A stretch of DNA of 64,000 nucleotides from Opitutaceae bacterium (GCA_051252375.1 JBPOFY010000001.1:695827-759826), one strand, 5' to 3'. Positions 1 through 10,901 are shown, counted from the stretch's first letter. The notes: generated from the letters alone by a model not told the origin. A program made the numbers and translations.

Positions 1-1129
1 TCGCGCGGGCAAGTTCATCTTCGGTCACGCCACCTTTGACCAATTTATGAATTTCTTCGAGGACGATGGCTTCAGTCTCTTCATGTGTTGCATCTGGTGT
101 GAGATACGCAGCAAACATGAATAAGCCGGGGTCGCGTAATTGAGGGGCATAGGCAAATGTGGCGCTGGCTTTACCTTTGTCTTCGAGGGCGCGGTAGAGA
201 CGGCCTGTTTTATCTGCCCCTAGAATTTGTTGGAGAATGCTCAGTGCTGCCCAGTCTGTGTGGACGCCTTCAGGCACTTTGTAAGCGGTCATGACCACTC
301 CGACTTGTCCGGTGCGCTCAATGGTGAGGCGTCGAGGACCGAGCTGTTCAGGCTCAACGGTATCTATTGTTGGAATCGGGTTGTGCGCTTTTGGGATGGC
401 CCCGTATTGCTTCGCAATGGTGTCGAGTGTGGCTGTCTTGTCAAAACCACCAATGATTGTGACGACGGCATTCTCCGGCCAGTAGTAGATATTGTAAAAG
501 TTGCGCAGCTTTTCAGGTGAGGTGCTTTCGATGTCAGATCGCCAGCCGATTACCGGGTGCTGGTAGGGATGTGCGATGAAGGCGGTGCCGAAAATTTCTT
601 TAAAAAGTGTGCTGACAGGGCTGTTTTCACCGCGTTCGTATTCGTTGCGGACGACGGTCATTTCTGAGTCGAGGTCTTCCTGTGTGATGCGAAGATTGCG
701 CATGCGATCGGCTTCAAGCTCGATGGTGAGCGGCACATACTCGCTTGGCATGGTAGCGAAATAATTGGTGCGATCAAACGAGGTGGTCGCGTTGGAACGT
801 GCGCCGACGCGTTCCATGAGGCTGGAATAGTCATTGCCCTCGGCGCTGTTAAAGCGCTCGGTGCCCTTGAACATCATGTGCTCGAGGATATGTGTGGCGC
901 CGGTGGTGCCGGTTACTTCGTTACGAGCGCCTACTTTGTAAGTCACCATCACAGTCGCGACTGGTTGACCCTCGTTGGGGAGCAGGAGGATCGTCAAGCC
1001 ATTCTCTGTCAGGCGATATTCTTCGATGTCGCCGACAGTTTGGACATGTTCGATACCTTCAGGTAATTTTTCGGAGGCGACCGCAGCAGCAGTCAGACAG
1101 GTAAAGAGGAGAGTATAAAAAAGCTTCAT
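1..1129 (-). CDS. M16 (pitrilysin/insulinase) family zinc peptidase, runs off the window's left edge
   Basis: Translated by hand from ATG at 1129: signal peptide MKLFYTLLFTCLTAAAVA, then GARNE...GATHILEHMMFKGT (inverted zincin HxxEH). Not in the ORF track because there is no stop inside the window. Confidence 0.9.
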   Translation of the reverse strand, partial: MKLFYTLLFTCLTAAAVASEKLPEGIEHVQTVGDIEEYRLTENGLTILLLPNEGQPVATVMVTYKVGARNEVTGTTGATHILEHMMFKGTERFNSAEGNDYSSLMERVGARSNATTSFDRTNYFATMPSEYVPLTIELEADRMRNLRITQEDLDSEMTVVRNEYERGENSPVSTLFKEIFGTAFIAHPYQHPVIGWRSDIESTSPEKLRNFYNIYYWPENAVVTIIGGFDKTATLDTIAKQYGAIPKAHNPIPTIDTVEPEQLGPRRLTIERTGQVGVVMTAYKVPEGVHTDWAALSILQQILGADKTGRLYRALEDKGKASATFAYAPQLRDPGLFMFAAYLTPDATHEETEAIVLEEIHKLVKGGVTEDELARA

Positions 1130-1269
1130 AATTAGATCCACATTGGTCAGTGGTGGCATAGTAAAAGTTCCTTGCCCTTGGACTGCAAGCGCGAGGGGCT
1201 AGTTAATTGCTTGAATATTCAATGCGTTTGAGAGTTGCGCGCACTTGAGTTATGCTTAGCGGTGTGAGT

Positions 1270-1641
1270 ATGGAAACGGCAATAGATATCCCTGAAGGTG
1301 TGCGATTGGGCAATGAGAAGCTCATTCTCGTAACCGAACCTGCGGGTGTAAAACTCAAGTCCCTGATCGAGCGCGAGCAGAAGGGCGAGTATTTGCGGGT
1401 AAAAATCACGGGTGGCGGATGTAACGGCTTGAGCTACAAAATGAAGTTCGTCGCTGACGCCAAGCGCGGGGATATCCTCGTTCGTTCCTCCGAAGCGCAG
1501 GTGTTGGTCGATACCAAGAGTGCACTATACCTCAAAGGCACGCACCTAGATTATTCCGATAAAATGGTCGGCGGTGGGTTTAAGTTCAGCAATCCCAATG
1601 CCAAGGCCAGCTGCAGTTGCGGCGAGAGCTTTAGTATTTAG
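1270..1641 (+). CDS. A-type Fe-S cluster carrier (HesB/IscA/ErpA family)
   Basis: GGGCNGLSY and C-terminal CSCGESF motifs; ATG at 1270 chosen as start. Confidence 0.93.
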   Translation: METAIDIPEGVRLGNEKLILVTEPAGVKLKSLIEREQKGEYLRVKITGGGCNGLSYKMKFVADAKRGDILVRSSEAQVLVDTKSALYLKGTHLDYSDKMVGGGFKFSNPNAKASCSCGESFSI

Positions 1642-1650
1642 CCCATTCAT

Positions 1651-1681
1651 AAAAAAGGCCGACGCACTGCGTCGGCCTTTT
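1651..1681. terminator. Bidirectional intrinsic terminator
   Basis: aaaaaaggccgacgca-c-tgcgtcggcctttt between convergent genes. Confidence 0.85.
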
Positions 1682-1701
1682 GGGTATAAATTGTTGGTCG
1701 C

Positions 1702-2847
1702 TTAGCCTTGAATCTCAGCAAAGGCCCAATCGAGCCATGGGATGAGGGCTTCGATGTCGGCGGTGTCCACTGTGGCACCGCCCCAGATCCGGAGGCCGGC
1801 GGGAGCGTCGCGGTAGCTGCCGAAGTCGTAGCCGACGCCTTCCTTGTCGAGCATGGAGACGAGTTGCTTGGCTTTGGTGGCTTGTTCCTCTGCAGGTAAG
1901 GCTTGATACCAGTCTGCGGTGATCTTGAGACAGATCGAAGTGTTGGAGATCGTGGCGGGGTCTTCGGCTAGAAAATCAATCCAGTCCGTTTTGGCGACCC
2001 AGTCAGCGATGGCCTTGAGGTTCGCCTCAGAGCGTTCGATGAGTGCGGGGAGCCCACCGATGCTTTCAGCCCAGCGGAGGCCGTCGCACGCGTCCTCGAC
2101 GCAGAGCATGGAGACTGTGTTGATCGTAGCACCCGTAAAGATGTCGGCGATCAGCTTGCCACCCTTAGTCATGCGGAAAATTTTCGGCAGTGGCCAAGCG
2201 GGCGTGTAAGATTCGAGGCGTTCAATTGCGCGTGGGCTGAGCACGATCATGCCGTGTGCGCCTTCGCCACCCATTACTTTTTGCCAAGACCATGTGACGA
2301 CATCGAGCTTAGTGAAGTCGATATCCATGGCGAACACGGCGGAAGTAGCATCACAAATAGTGAGACCTTCGCGGTCGGCGGGGATCCAGTCTAGATTCGG
2401 AACTTTCACTCCAGATGTAGTGCCGTTGTAAGTGAAAACGACGTCGTTGCTGAAATTGACTTTGGAAAAATCAGGGAGCAGGCCGTAGTCGGCTTCATGC
2501 TTGGTGACGTTGTCGAGCTTGAGCTGTTTGATTACGTCGGTGACCCAACCGGAACCAAAAGATTCCCATGCGCACATTTCGACACCGCGAGCGCCGAGTA
2601 GCGACCATAGGGCCATTTCAACCGCGCCAGTGTCAGATGCAGGGACGATCCCGCAGACATAACCTTCGGGCAGGCCGAGGATGGAGGCGGATTTATCGAT
2701 GACTTCTTCGATGCGCGCTTTGGCTGGCTTTGCGCGGTGGGAGCGGCCTACTAGTCCTTCGCTGAGCGCATCAAGCGTCCAACCGGGGCGCTTGCTGCAA
2801 GGGCCGGATGAGAAGTAAGGGCGATTTGGTTTTACTGTCGGTTTCAT
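1702..2847 (-). CDS. serC: Phosphoserine aminotransferase (Methanosarcina/alphaproteobacterial type)
   Basis: FSSGPC, GRSHR, NGTTSG, DATSA, SWQK (PLP lysine), LRIWGG motifs. Confidence 0.92.
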   Translation of the reverse strand: MKPTVKPNRPYFSSGPCSKRPGWTLDALSEGLVGRSHRAKPAKARIEEVIDKSASILGLPEGYVCGIVPASDTGAVEMALWSLLGARGVEMCAWESFGSGWVTDVIKQLKLDNVTKHEADYGLLPDFSKVNFSNDVVFTYNGTTSGVKVPNLDWIPADREGLTICDATSAVFAMDIDFTKLDVVTWSWQKVMGGEGAHGMIVLSPRAIERLESYTPAWPLPKIFRMTKGGKLIADIFTGATINTVSMLCVEDACDGLRWAESIGGLPALIERSEANLKAIADWVAKTDWIDFLAEDPATISNTSICLKITADWYQALPAEEQATKAKQLVSMLDKEGVGYDFGSYRDAPAGLRIWGGATVDTADIEALIPWLDWAFAEIQG

Positions 2848-2855
2848 GGTTGAAA

Positions 2856-2890
2856 GGAGTGAGAAGTTAGGAGTGCGCAGTTAGAAGTCG
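2856..2890. repeat. Degenerate 7-bp tandem array
   Basis: ggagtga gaagtta ggagtgc gcagtta gaagtcg. Confidence 0.6.
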
Positions 2891-2901
2891 AGTGCGAGTT
2901 T

Positions 2902-3888
2902 CTAGTTCTTCTGAGTTTTGAAAAATCCGGAGCTGTTGCTCGGCGCTGAGATAACAGTGGTGTATACTGGATTACCGATGAATGGGGTGACTGTGGTCAA
3001 TTGGTCAACTTGTGGCCCAGAGAGAACTTCATAAGGGGCGCTGGGGTCGGCGATCCAAGTTTGGCGGAAGGAACCGTTTGGGTTGATGGACCAGGAGATG
3101 ACTTCGATCGGAGCATTTTCGTCGACGAGTGCTTGAGCACTGGCGCTGACGAGATAGTGGCTACGGCTAGTCGGGTGGATGTCGTCCCAGAAAACATAGT
3201 CGTCGGGTGTCCCGCTTGATTGTGCATTTTGTGCCTCGGTGGTATTGCTGAACCCGAAGTCGCTCGCGTAATCGAGCATGTGGTCAAAGAGTGAGAAAAT
3301 GTCTAATTGGTGGATCGTGACCGAAAGATTGGTGGATCGTATGTTAAGCTCGGCAGCAAGCGCGGTATTGAAAGCGATGGTGCCGGCGCGGCGTGCTGTC
3401 ATCAGTGGAGTGTCGCCCAGCGACTCGGGTATGGCACCGAGGTCAGGTAGATTCGGGACGATGAAATGATCCACTCCAAGGGCGGCGAGCTGGGAGATGA
3501 TATCGCCGATCTCACTGGCGAGTGTAGTCATGTTTTGGTTTGGATCGTCCCGTAGGTCGTTGCCGCCGATCCAGAGCGTGCAGAGGTCGCCAGTTTGCCA
3601 AGTGTAACGGTTGGAGTAGCGATCGACTTGGTCTTGAAGGTTCTCGACCCGGTTTGTTGCAACAGCGAGATTGAGTCCACTTGAACCCAAGAGCCCTGAT
3701 GTCGTAGCCCGAGTAAAGCCCAGTCGGTCTGCGAGGTTTTCATGCCAAAATTCTCCGCCGGAGTCGATCTGTCGGGCGCCAAACCAGTAACCGCCATCGG
3801 AGAGACTATCGCCGAAGACAACCATCCGTGCAGCTGAAAGCTGACCGCCCAGTGAGACGATACATAATATGAGCCCCCAGTATTTCAT
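2902..3888 (-). CDS. Secreted SGNH/GDSL esterase-lipase
   Basis: Signal peptide MKYWGLILCIVSLGGQLSA; GDSLSD, GGND and DDIHP blocks. Start set at ATG 3888 to avoid overlap with topB. Confidence 0.88.
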   Translation of the reverse strand: MKYWGLILCIVSLGGQLSAARMVVFGDSLSDGGYWFGARQIDSGGEFWHENLADRLGFTRATTSGLLGSSGLNLAVATNRVENLQDQVDRYSNRYTWQTGDLCTLWIGGNDLRDDPNQNMTTLASEIGDIISQLAALGVDHFIVPNLPDLGAIPESLGDTPLMTARRAGTIAFNTALAAELNIRSTNLSVTIHQLDIFSLFDHMLDYASDFGFSNTTEAQNAQSSGTPDDYVFWDDIHPTSRSHYLVSASAQALVDENAPIEVISWSINPNGSFRQTWIADPSAPYEVLSGPQVDQLTTVTPFIGNPVYTTVISAPSNSSGFFKTQKN

Positions 3889-3925
3889 GGGGATGTCTTT
3901 ACGGAAACTTCGCCGTGAAGGCGAG

Positions 3926-6484
3926 TTATTCTGTTTCGGTCTTTTTTGCGGCAACCTTCTTGGCGGCTTTCTTCGCGGGACGTGGAGCGAACTCGAAGCC
4001 GATCTTACCCTTTTCAAAGTCGAGGGTAAGGTGGGCTTTGAAGGGGCGCTTAGTGCGTTTGGAAATGAAGCCGTCGAGCAGAGGTGTCTTGCCCTCGGTA
4101 AAGATCTTCTCGACGTCAGCAGCTTGGAGCTCCTTTTGCAGGATGGTCTTACCGAGACGGAAGCCGTCGGGTGAGTCCTTTGTTTTGAAATCGGGCACGT
4201 GGTATGCCTTGTCGGTTTCGTAGAACTTGGCTTCGAGACCGTTCTTCAAAGTAATGACCTTGAGGAGTTGGTCGTCGGTCAGTTCCTCTGCCGAATCGAG
4301 GTCGTCATCGAAAACAAAGTTGGTCTTCCACTTGCCGATTTTGCCGGTCTTGGTGACGTTTTGTATGAGTTCCAGTCCTGCAGAGAAAGGCTTGTTGAAG
4401 CGAGACATGAAGCCTTCGCGCTCATCGAGTTTCTTCGTGGTGAAAAGTTCAACGGCTTCTTCTTCCGATAGCTTGCGTCCGGCAATGTGCTTGGAGACTC
4501 GGAAGTCGCATTCCTCCTCGCGGCACTCGTAAGTAGCATCGGTTTGTTTAAGCCGCGCCGCGCCGCAGGCAGGGCACGCGCATTCCAAATCAGGGAACGT
4601 GCGGTTGACGAGCATCTCCATGTGCCCACGGGCTTTGGTGACGACGTCTTCAGTGAAGGTCGCAATTTCCTGCATGAATTCATCACGCTTGATTTCGCCG
4701 CGCTCCATTTTGTTGAGCTTAGCTTCCCAGTCGCCAGTCATGGATGGTGAGCTGAGCGCTTCGATTTTCATTTCTTCGCAAAGTTCGATCAGGCGCAGGC
4801 CTTTTCCGGTGACATTAAGATCGCGGCCTTCACGGGCGATGTATCTTTGGCGAAGTAGGCCTTCGATGGTCGCGGCGCGGGTAGCGGGTGTGCCCAGTCC
4901 GCGTTCGGACATCGCTTCGCGGAGCTCATCGTCCTCGATCAGTTTGCCAGCGCCTTCCATTGCGGCGAGTAGGGTGGACTCTGTGTAGCGAGCGGGTGGC
5001 TTGGTCTCTTTGTCGAGCACGTCGATGGCTTCAGTCTTGGCATCTTCACCTTGCGTGATGCCAACGAGCTCGTCCTTTTCAGCGGCAACACCAGCGACGC
5101 GACCGTAAACCGCGAGGTAGCCGGGCTCAGTCAGTGTTTTACCATTGGTAACGAAGACGTCCTTCTCGCTGCCGTGGTTGATCGTGGTGAGGCGCTTGGT
5201 GACTTCAAATTCCGCATGCGGGAAGAAGACGGCAATGAAGCGCTTCACGATCATGTTATAAAGTTTTGATTCTTGCTCGTTGAGCTTTACGACACGACCG
5301 GTCGGGATGATGGCAAAGTGATCGGAAACCTTGGCGTTGTTGAAGACGCGCTTGGTGAATTGCACGCGGTCGTTTTCGATTGAGTCGGCAGCCCATTTGG
5401 CGACTTCGTGTCCGGAGCTGGCGAGATCGCGGAGAGTTTCGTAAACCTTGCCCATATAATCCTCAGGGAGGTAACGAGAGTCAGTTCTCGGGTAGGTCAC
5501 CATCTTATGGCGCTCGTAAAGTGCCTGAGTCAGCCCGAGGGTGTTCTTTGCAGTGAAAGGAGCTTCGCGTTGCAGTGTGGTCAGGTCGTAGAGCTGTGGA
5601 GCGATTTGTTTGGTTGGCTTGGCCTCTTCGGTCACGGTGCCGGTTTTACCGACGCAGCGTTGATGGATGGTCTCGGCTGTTGTCTTATCCCAGATGCGCT
5701 CAGCGCGACCGTGCGGTTGCTCGGGATTCTTTTTGAAGTCTGTTGCGATCCATTTGCCGGGGTATTCGCCTTTGGCGACGGCAAACTCGGCGTGCACCTC
5801 CCAGTAGTCTTCGGATTTGAAGGCTTTGATTTCGCGTTCGCGTTTAGCGAGGATGGCGAGGGTGGGGGTTTGCACACGACCTGCTGCTGTGATGTTGAAC
5901 CCACCGTGGCGTGAGCGGAAGCAAGTGAGTGCGCGGGTGGAGTTGAGGCCGACAAGCCAGTCGGATTCGGAGCGGCACTTGGCGGCATCGGCGAGGTTTT
6001 GCATCTGCTCGCCTTCGCGGAGTTTCTCCCACGCTTCTTGGATGGCGCCGGTGGTCATCGATTGCATCCAGAGGCGTTTGACAGGCTTCTTGATACTGCC
6101 GATGTCCATTATATATTGGAAAATTAGTTCACCTTCGCGGCCGGCGTCACATGCGTTGATGATGAGGTCGAACTCTTTCTTTTTCGCTAGGCTGAGGACG
6201 TGCTTGAGGCGATTGTGAGTCTGCTCGATGGGCTGCAGTTCGAATTTCTCCGGGATAGCTGGAAGCACTTTAAAGTTCCAGGGCAGGTTTTTACCGTTGG
6301 GGCCAGTGGGCATTTTCAGCTCAACTAGGTGCCCTACAGCAGAAGTGATCGCGGCATTTTCGTTTTCGAAATACTGTGCGTCGCGAGATTTGCCCTTCTT
6401 TTCGAACTTACCCAATGTTTTAGCGAGCGCTTTGGATAGGTCCGTTGCGACGGAAGGTTTTTCGGCGATGATCAAATATTTCAT
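3926..6484 (-). CDS. topB: DNA topoisomerase III (type IA)
   Basis: [29 protein letters not shown] (catalytic Tyr), GLGTPATR and C-terminal repeats ([15 protein letters not shown]). Confidence 0.9.
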   Translation of the reverse strand: MKYLIIAEKPSVATDLSKALAKTLGKFEKKGKSRDAQYFENENAAITSAVGHLVELKMPTGPNGKNLPWNFKVLPAIPEKFELQPIEQTHNRLKHVLSLAKKKEFDLIINACDAGREGELIFQYIMDIGSIKKPVKRLWMQSMTTGAIQEAWEKLREGEQMQNLADAAKCRSESDWLVGLNSTRALTCFRSRHGGFNITAAGRVQTPTLAILAKREREIKAFKSEDYWEVHAEFAVAKGEYPGKWIATDFKKNPEQPHGRAERIWDKTTAETIHQRCVGKTGTVTEEAKPTKQIAPQLYDLTTLQREAPFTAKNTLGLTQALYERHKMVTYPRTDSRYLPEDYMGKVYETLRDLASSGHEVAKWAADSIENDRVQFTKRVFNNAKVSDHFAIIPTGRVVKLNEQESKLYNMIVKRFIAVFFPHAEFEVTKRLTTINHGSEKDVFVTNGKTLTEPGYLAVYGRVAGVAAEKDELVGITQGEDAKTEAIDVLDKETKPPARYTESTLLAAMEGAGKLIEDDELREAMSERGLGTPATRAATIEGLLRQRYIAREGRDLNVTGKGLRLIELCEEMKIEALSSPSMTGDWEAKLNKMERGEIKRDEFMQEIATFTEDVVTKARGHMEMLVNRTFPDLECACPACGAARLKQTDATYECREEECDFRVSKHIAGRKLSEEEAVELFTTKKLDEREGFMSRFNKPFSAGLELIQNVTKTGKIGKWKTNFVFDDDLDSAEELTDDQLLKVITLKNGLEAKFYETDKAYHVPDFKTKDSPDGFRLGKTILQKELQAADVEKIFTEGKTPLLDGFISKRTKRPFKAHLTLDFEKGKIGFEFAPRPAKKAAKKVAAKKTETE

Positions 6485-6759
6485 ATATATAATAGAGGGC
6501 GATCTGGAAAGTGCTGAGCCTTCGTGGATTACGAAGGCTCTGTAAAAGTGCTATTGAATTGGGGGATTTAGAACGATGCTCGGTGCTGTTTGAGTGTAAA
6601 ATGGTTGCTGCGTTTCATCGTTTAAGTGGATTGCTTTGATCTTGGCATTCGGAGTCTGCTTGTTTTCCGTAAAAAGAGGCGATTAATTCCAGCGTCAATC
6701 CTCTTTCTGGTTTTTGAGAATCGTTTTACTTCCGCTAGGCCCTTATTTCTTCCACAATT

Positions 6760-7986
6760 ATGCTCCGTAGATACCGCTATAAACTCGCTCGCAAGGCCAA
6801 TGACTTTGCGCAGTTTACCGCGGATGTGATCTACGATCGGCGACATGGTCGTGCGGCGGAAATAATGTCGTCGTTCCTCTATGCGCTCTCTTTTCTCTTT
6901 AGTGGGATCGTGCAGTTGCGCTGGTATTTGTATGAGCATCGTATTCTGCGAAACAAGCCACTTGGGTGCCTAGTGGTCGTGGTGGGTAACTTGACGGTTG
7001 GCGGCACCGGTAAGACGCCAGTGGTGGAGAAATTTGCCCGCACCTTGCATGAGCGTGGACGAAAAGTGGCTATTTTGAGCCGAGGCTATAAGAGCAAGAA
7101 GGAGCCTTTGGCGAAGAAATTGTGGCGGATATTAACCCACGGCGAGGAAGCCCCACCTCGTGTTGTTAGTGACGGAAAAAAAGTCTTGCTAGATTCGGAT
7201 GTAGCTGGTGACGAACCTTTTATGCTGGCGCAGAACTTGCCCGGCGTGGTGGTGCTCTGTGATAAAAATCGCGTGAAAGCCGGTTCATTTGCGATCCGCC
7301 GTTTCGGTTGCGACACGCTTATTTTGGATGACGGGTTTCAATATCTGCCGCTGAAAGGGCGGTTGAATCTGCTATTGGTGGACAAGACCAACCCGTTTGG
7401 AAATCAGCATTTGCTGCCCCGGGGGATTCTGCGTGAGCCGATTAAGCACCTCTCGCGGGCGAGTTATATTTTTCTGACGAAGTCGGATGGCGTTCGCGAC
7501 GATGCGCTCATGGAGCTCATTCGCGAGCATAACTCGGAGGCTGAAATCATTGAATGCGCCCACCAACCGCAGTTTTTGCAGGCGGTTGAATCGGATGAGC
7601 GTTTGCCCCTCGATGCGCTCAAAGGCGCGCGCATTGCATCATTTAGTGGGATCGCCTCGCCTGAAAGCTTTGAAAATATGTTGCGCGGTTATGGTGCTGA
7701 GATTCGTTACAATCAGCGCTTTCTCGATCACCATCGCTTTACTCGGTATGAGATCCAGCATCTCTACAAGAAGGCGGGGTCGGCGGATCTCGATATGATC
7801 GTGACCACAGAGAAGGATGCCGTGCGCCTGTTTGAGGACATCAAGGCCCCGATACCGATTTATTACCTTCGTCTAGAGATCGATATACTATCCGGGGAGG
7901 AAGACTTTGATGCTGCCGCCGCCCGTATTTGCTTACCTCGAAACAAGCAAGCTCCCGTGACGCGTGCCCCTTGGCCTGTTAAATAA
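6760..7986 (+). CDS. lpxK: Tetraacyldisaccharide 4'-kinase
   Basis: [44 protein letters not shown]. Confidence 0.95.
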   Translation: MLRRYRYKLARKANDFAQFTADVIYDRRHGRAAEIMSSFLYALSFLFSGIVQLRWYLYEHRILRNKPLGCLVVVVGNLTVGGTGKTPVVEKFARTLHERGRKVAILSRGYKSKKEPLAKKLWRILTHGEEAPPRVVSDGKKVLLDSDVAGDEPFMLAQNLPGVVVLCDKNRVKAGSFAIRRFGCDTLILDDGFQYLPLKGRLNLLLVDKTNPFGNQHLLPRGILREPIKHLSRASYIFLTKSDGVRDDALMELIREHNSEAEIIECAHQPQFLQAVESDERLPLDALKGARIASFSGIASPESFENMLRGYGAEIRYNQRFLDHHRFTRYEIQHLYKKAGSADLDMIVTTEKDAVRLFEDIKAPIPIYYLRLEIDILSGEEDFDAAAARICLPRNKQAPVTRAPWPVK

Positions 7987-8217
7987 TCGCCCGTAGTCGC
8001 GTAGATTGCGGGGGTGTGCCATTTTGAGTGCGGATAATGGCACTTGCATTTTGCTCAGAATAGTCGATAAGCGTGCTCACTATAACACATGTTAGGATTC
8101 AGAGCGTGGGTAGGCATCAGTTGGATAAGTTGTATTCATTCAGGTATCGCAGTTCATTTCAGGACACTCAAAGCAAAGAAGCAGGTGCTATAGCCTCAAA
8201 GAGACAAAGATAATAAT

Positions 8218-8661
8218 ATGAATACAAAGATGTATGTAGGCAATCTGTCCTACGACGCCAACGATGGCGAAATTCGTGAGCTTTTCGAAGCTCATGGCAC
8301 TGTAAGCGACGTTTTCATCGTCAAGGATCGTGAGTCTGGTCGCCCTCGTGGCTTCGCTTTCGTTTCTATGGAAACAGTTGAAGAAATGAACGCGGCAATC
8401 GAAGGCCTTAATGGCGCTGAGTTTATGGGCCGGAACCTCACAATCAACGAAGCACGTCCTCGCGAAGAGCGCCCACAAGGTGGCGGCGGCGGTGGCGGTC
8501 GTAGCTTCGGTGGCGGCGGTGGCGGCGGCGGTGGTCGCGGCGGATACGGCGGCGGTGGCGGTGGCGGCGGTGATCGTCGTGGCGGCGGTGGCGGTGGCTA
8601 TGGTGGCGGAGGCGGCGGTGGTCGTGGTCGTGACCGTGGCGGTGATCGCGGCGGCTACTAA
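8218..8661 (+). CDS. RRM RNA-binding protein with Gly/Arg-rich tail
   Basis: RNP2 MYVGNL, RNP1 RGFAFVSM, and an RGG/GGY-rich C-terminus. Confidence 0.93.
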   Translation: MNTKMYVGNLSYDANDGEIRELFEAHGTVSDVFIVKDRESGRPRGFAFVSMETVEEMNAAIEGLNGAEFMGRNLTINEARPREERPQGGGGGGGRSFGGGGGGGGGRGGYGGGGGGGGDRRGGGGGGYGGGGGGGRGRDRGGDRGGY

Positions 8662-8687
8662 GCACTACGCTTAACTAAAAACTTTCG

Positions 8688-8719
8688 AAAGAGGGCTCAT
8701 TATTGAGCCCTCTTTTTTT
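8688..8719 (+). terminator. Intrinsic terminator
   Basis: aaagagggctca-ttat-tgagccctc followed by T7. Confidence 0.85.
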
Positions 8720-8756
8720 GTTTGAATGCCCCAGTGAGTCGCTTTGCAGCAGATGC

Positions 8757-9854
8757 TTAATCTAAATACTGCTGGACCATTTGTCCGACGACTTGATCGC
8801 ATGGTTCAAAGGCGATATCGGATCCGATATTACTGGCGACAATGACTGCAAAATCTTTTTCAGGTGCGATCCAAATGACGCAGGTATACATGGTATTGGA
8901 GCCCACATGGTTGAGTGCCTTGCCTCCAGTCCAACCGCGTTCGCTAACGATCCAGCCTAGTGCGTAGTTCGAAAGGATCGGTGTGTGCAATGTTTCGTAA
9001 CTAGCGCGCTCTTTGAGCACCGGTCCTATTTCTTGTTGCAAGTGCAGTTGCATCCATTTTGCCAGGTCAGGCAATGAACTATGGATGGCATTTGCCGGAG
9101 CAATGGCGGGTGGGTTGTCGGCTCCAGGTCCTGGAGGAACGGGCGTCCCGTCACTGCGGTGACCCCAAGGTTGGTCCGGCTTGTTGCGTTTAGAGGCGGG
9201 TGCATAGAAGCCCGCAGACTTCATTTCAAGGGGGTCAAAGATTCGAGTCTGAATGAGTGACTCCCAGCTTTTGCGCGTGGTGGCTTCCATCATTACCCCG
9301 GCAACGGAGAACCCAGTGTTGGAGTAGATGTATTGTGTGCCGGGTTCGACGTTTGGTGTTTCTTTGAGGACGGACTTTGCAAATGCTTTGCGTTGATTTT
9401 GTGGGCTGCCTTTTAGCTCCCATGCCTCGGTCCATATCGCGGGAGTGACATCTTTGGAGAAGCCTCCAGTGTTGGAGAGCATCTGCTTTAGGGTGGCCTG
9501 TCCATAGGCTGAACGTTGTCCAATGCTTGTTAGGCTGTCGGCAATGGTTGTATCCCAGGTGAGTGTGCCATCTTCGACTAAGGTGGCAGCCAGTGTCGCG
9601 GTAAAGGCCTTGCTGCACGAACCGATGTGATACTTGTCGTCGATTGTGACGGGTGTCTTGTCGCCTTTTTTACGAACACCTGAGGCACCGACAGCTTTTA
9701 CTTTGCCGTCGACGATCACTAATGCGGCCAGGGAAGGCAGCTTGGGATTGTTCGCTAGATGATCTTGGAGTAGTTCTTCTAGGCGTTCAGATTGGGCATT
9801 TGCTTGAAGTGAAAGTGCTAAGCCTATGATGAAGTATCGTATCTTTTTGCCCAT
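8757..9854 (-). CDS. Secreted serine hydrolase, beta-lactamase class C-like fold
   Basis: Signal peptide; SCSK (SxxK), YSN and HVGSN motifs. Confidence 0.85.
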   Translation of the reverse strand: MGKKIRYFIIGLALSLQANAQSERLEELLQDHLANNPKLPSLAALVIVDGKVKAVGASGVRKKGDKTPVTIDDKYHIGSCSKAFTATLAATLVEDGTLTWDTTIADSLTSIGQRSAYGQATLKQMLSNTGGFSKDVTPAIWTEAWELKGSPQNQRKAFAKSVLKETPNVEPGTQYIYSNTGFSVAGVMMEATTRKSWESLIQTRIFDPLEMKSAGFYAPASKRNKPDQPWGHRSDGTPVPPGPGADNPPAIAPANAIHSSLPDLAKWMQLHLQQEIGPVLKERASYETLHTPILSNYALGWIVSERGWTGGKALNHVGSNTMYTCVIWIAPEKDFAVIVASNIGSDIAFEPCDQVVGQMVQQYLD

Positions 9855-9865
9855 GCCTAAAGGTA

Positions 9866-10720
9866 TTACTCCTTATAGGCTTGGCTGACCAGTTCTTTTA
9901 GACGCCCCACTTCGGCGGTGGAGGTCTTCGCGATAAAGCCGCGGGCATGGGTGAAGTGGACGTCTTCTTCGCCGTCGAGTTGGGTGAACTCCATGCGTGG
10001 ATCGTCGTTAAAGCGGCGCATGCCATAGCCTGTGCCGCGACTATCGGGATAGATGAGCGCGAGCACTTCTTCTTCGAGTCCGAGGGCCATTACATGACCG
10101 CCGAGTCCAGCGGACGCTTCATCTGGCATCGGATCGGTGCGCGGCATGAAGAGGGCTTTGAAGTGATCGAATTCCCAGACTTCGGCATGTTGGGCGACGA
10201 AGTCTAGGCGTGCTCGCAGGCCTGTAACGTAGTCGACGAGGTCTTGACCGATCATGCGCATGATCTCCCAGATCGGCTCGCCTGGTTTGTGCTCGGTTTG
10301 GCTGGCGAAACGGCGAAGGATGGTGATGTCGAGTGGGGAGTTTAGCTTGCCGAGAGTTTCGCGATCCATGCCCAACCATTCAGCTGTATCCACTGGTCCC
10401 CTACAATCAAACCACTCCGCAACTTCGAGCCAGGAGCAAAACTCGCGTGAGTCTTCGTAGATGCCAAGGTGCTGGAGCACGAGTGAGAGTGCACAAGTCG
10501 GCACGTGATCGCGCGGCAATTGATGGTGGTCAAAATTGTGTAGCTCCGGGTTGTGTTGATGGCCGATATCAAGCACGGCAATTGTGGTATCGGCGAGATC
10601 GGCTTCAGTCGGGTCGCGGCGTTCGATAGCAACAGGTGCTTGAGTGAGGAGCACGGCGCAGGCGAGAAAGTCGTCTTTGTGGGCGCCGCCTGGATGAGTT
10701 ACGATGGTTGCTATAGGCAT
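9866..10720 (-). CDS. MYG1 family protein (DHH-like)
   Basis: THPGGAHKDD, DIG, FDHHQ and C-terminal FTHARGFIAKT motifs. Confidence 0.8.
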   Translation of the reverse strand: MPIATIVTHPGGAHKDDFLACAVLLTQAPVAIERRDPTEADLADTTIAVLDIGHQHNPELHNFDHHQLPRDHVPTCALSLVLQHLGIYEDSREFCSWLEVAEWFDCRGPVDTAEWLGMDRETLGKLNSPLDITILRRFASQTEHKPGEPIWEIMRMIGQDLVDYVTGLRARLDFVAQHAEVWEFDHFKALFMPRTDPMPDEASAGLGGHVMALGLEEEVLALIYPDSRGTGYGMRRFNDDPRMEFTQLDGEEDVHFTHARGFIAKTSTAEVGRLKELVSQAYKE

Positions 10721-10725
10721 CCACC

Positions 10726-10818
10726 GAGTGGGGAGTGGAGAGTGGAGAGTGGCAAGTGCTTTCCTGTTTTCTTAATCATAATCTTAATCGTTTTTTTGGG
10801 ATTAAGATTAAGAGTAGG
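10726..10818. repeat. 7-bp tandem array followed by inverted 6-bp arrays
   Basis: gagtggg gagtgga gagtgga gagtggc aagtgct; then cttaatcataatcttaatc facing gattaagattaagagtagg. Confidence 0.7.
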
Positions 10819-10867
10819 CTTCGGCAGGCTCAGCCCAGGAGAGTCGGATTAAGGCGACTTTGCGCAC

Positions 10868-10901
10868 AAAAAAGTCCCCGCTCTTTCGAGTCGGGGACTT
10901 T
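10868..10901 (-). terminator. Intrinsic terminator of the stand-alone fusA
   Basis: aaaaaagtccccg...cggggacttt stem with a U-tract on the minus strand. Confidence 0.8.

Noticed and set aside
227..1104. Short plus-strand ORFs at the window start
   Set aside because: Antisense to the M16 peptidase, which the ORF track missed because it has no stop in the window.
3889..4017. 43-aa N-terminal extension of the GDSL ORF
   Set aside because: Overlaps the topB 3' end; the signal peptide begins at ATG 3888.
8038..8056. TGGCAC...TTGC sigma54-like motif before the RRM gene
   Set aside because: GG-to-GC spacing is 12 nt rather than the required 10.
8757..9854. Antibiotic-resistance beta-lactamase
   Set aside because: SxxK/YxN serine hydrolases of this type are mostly esterases or peptidases; nothing shows beta-lactam specificity.
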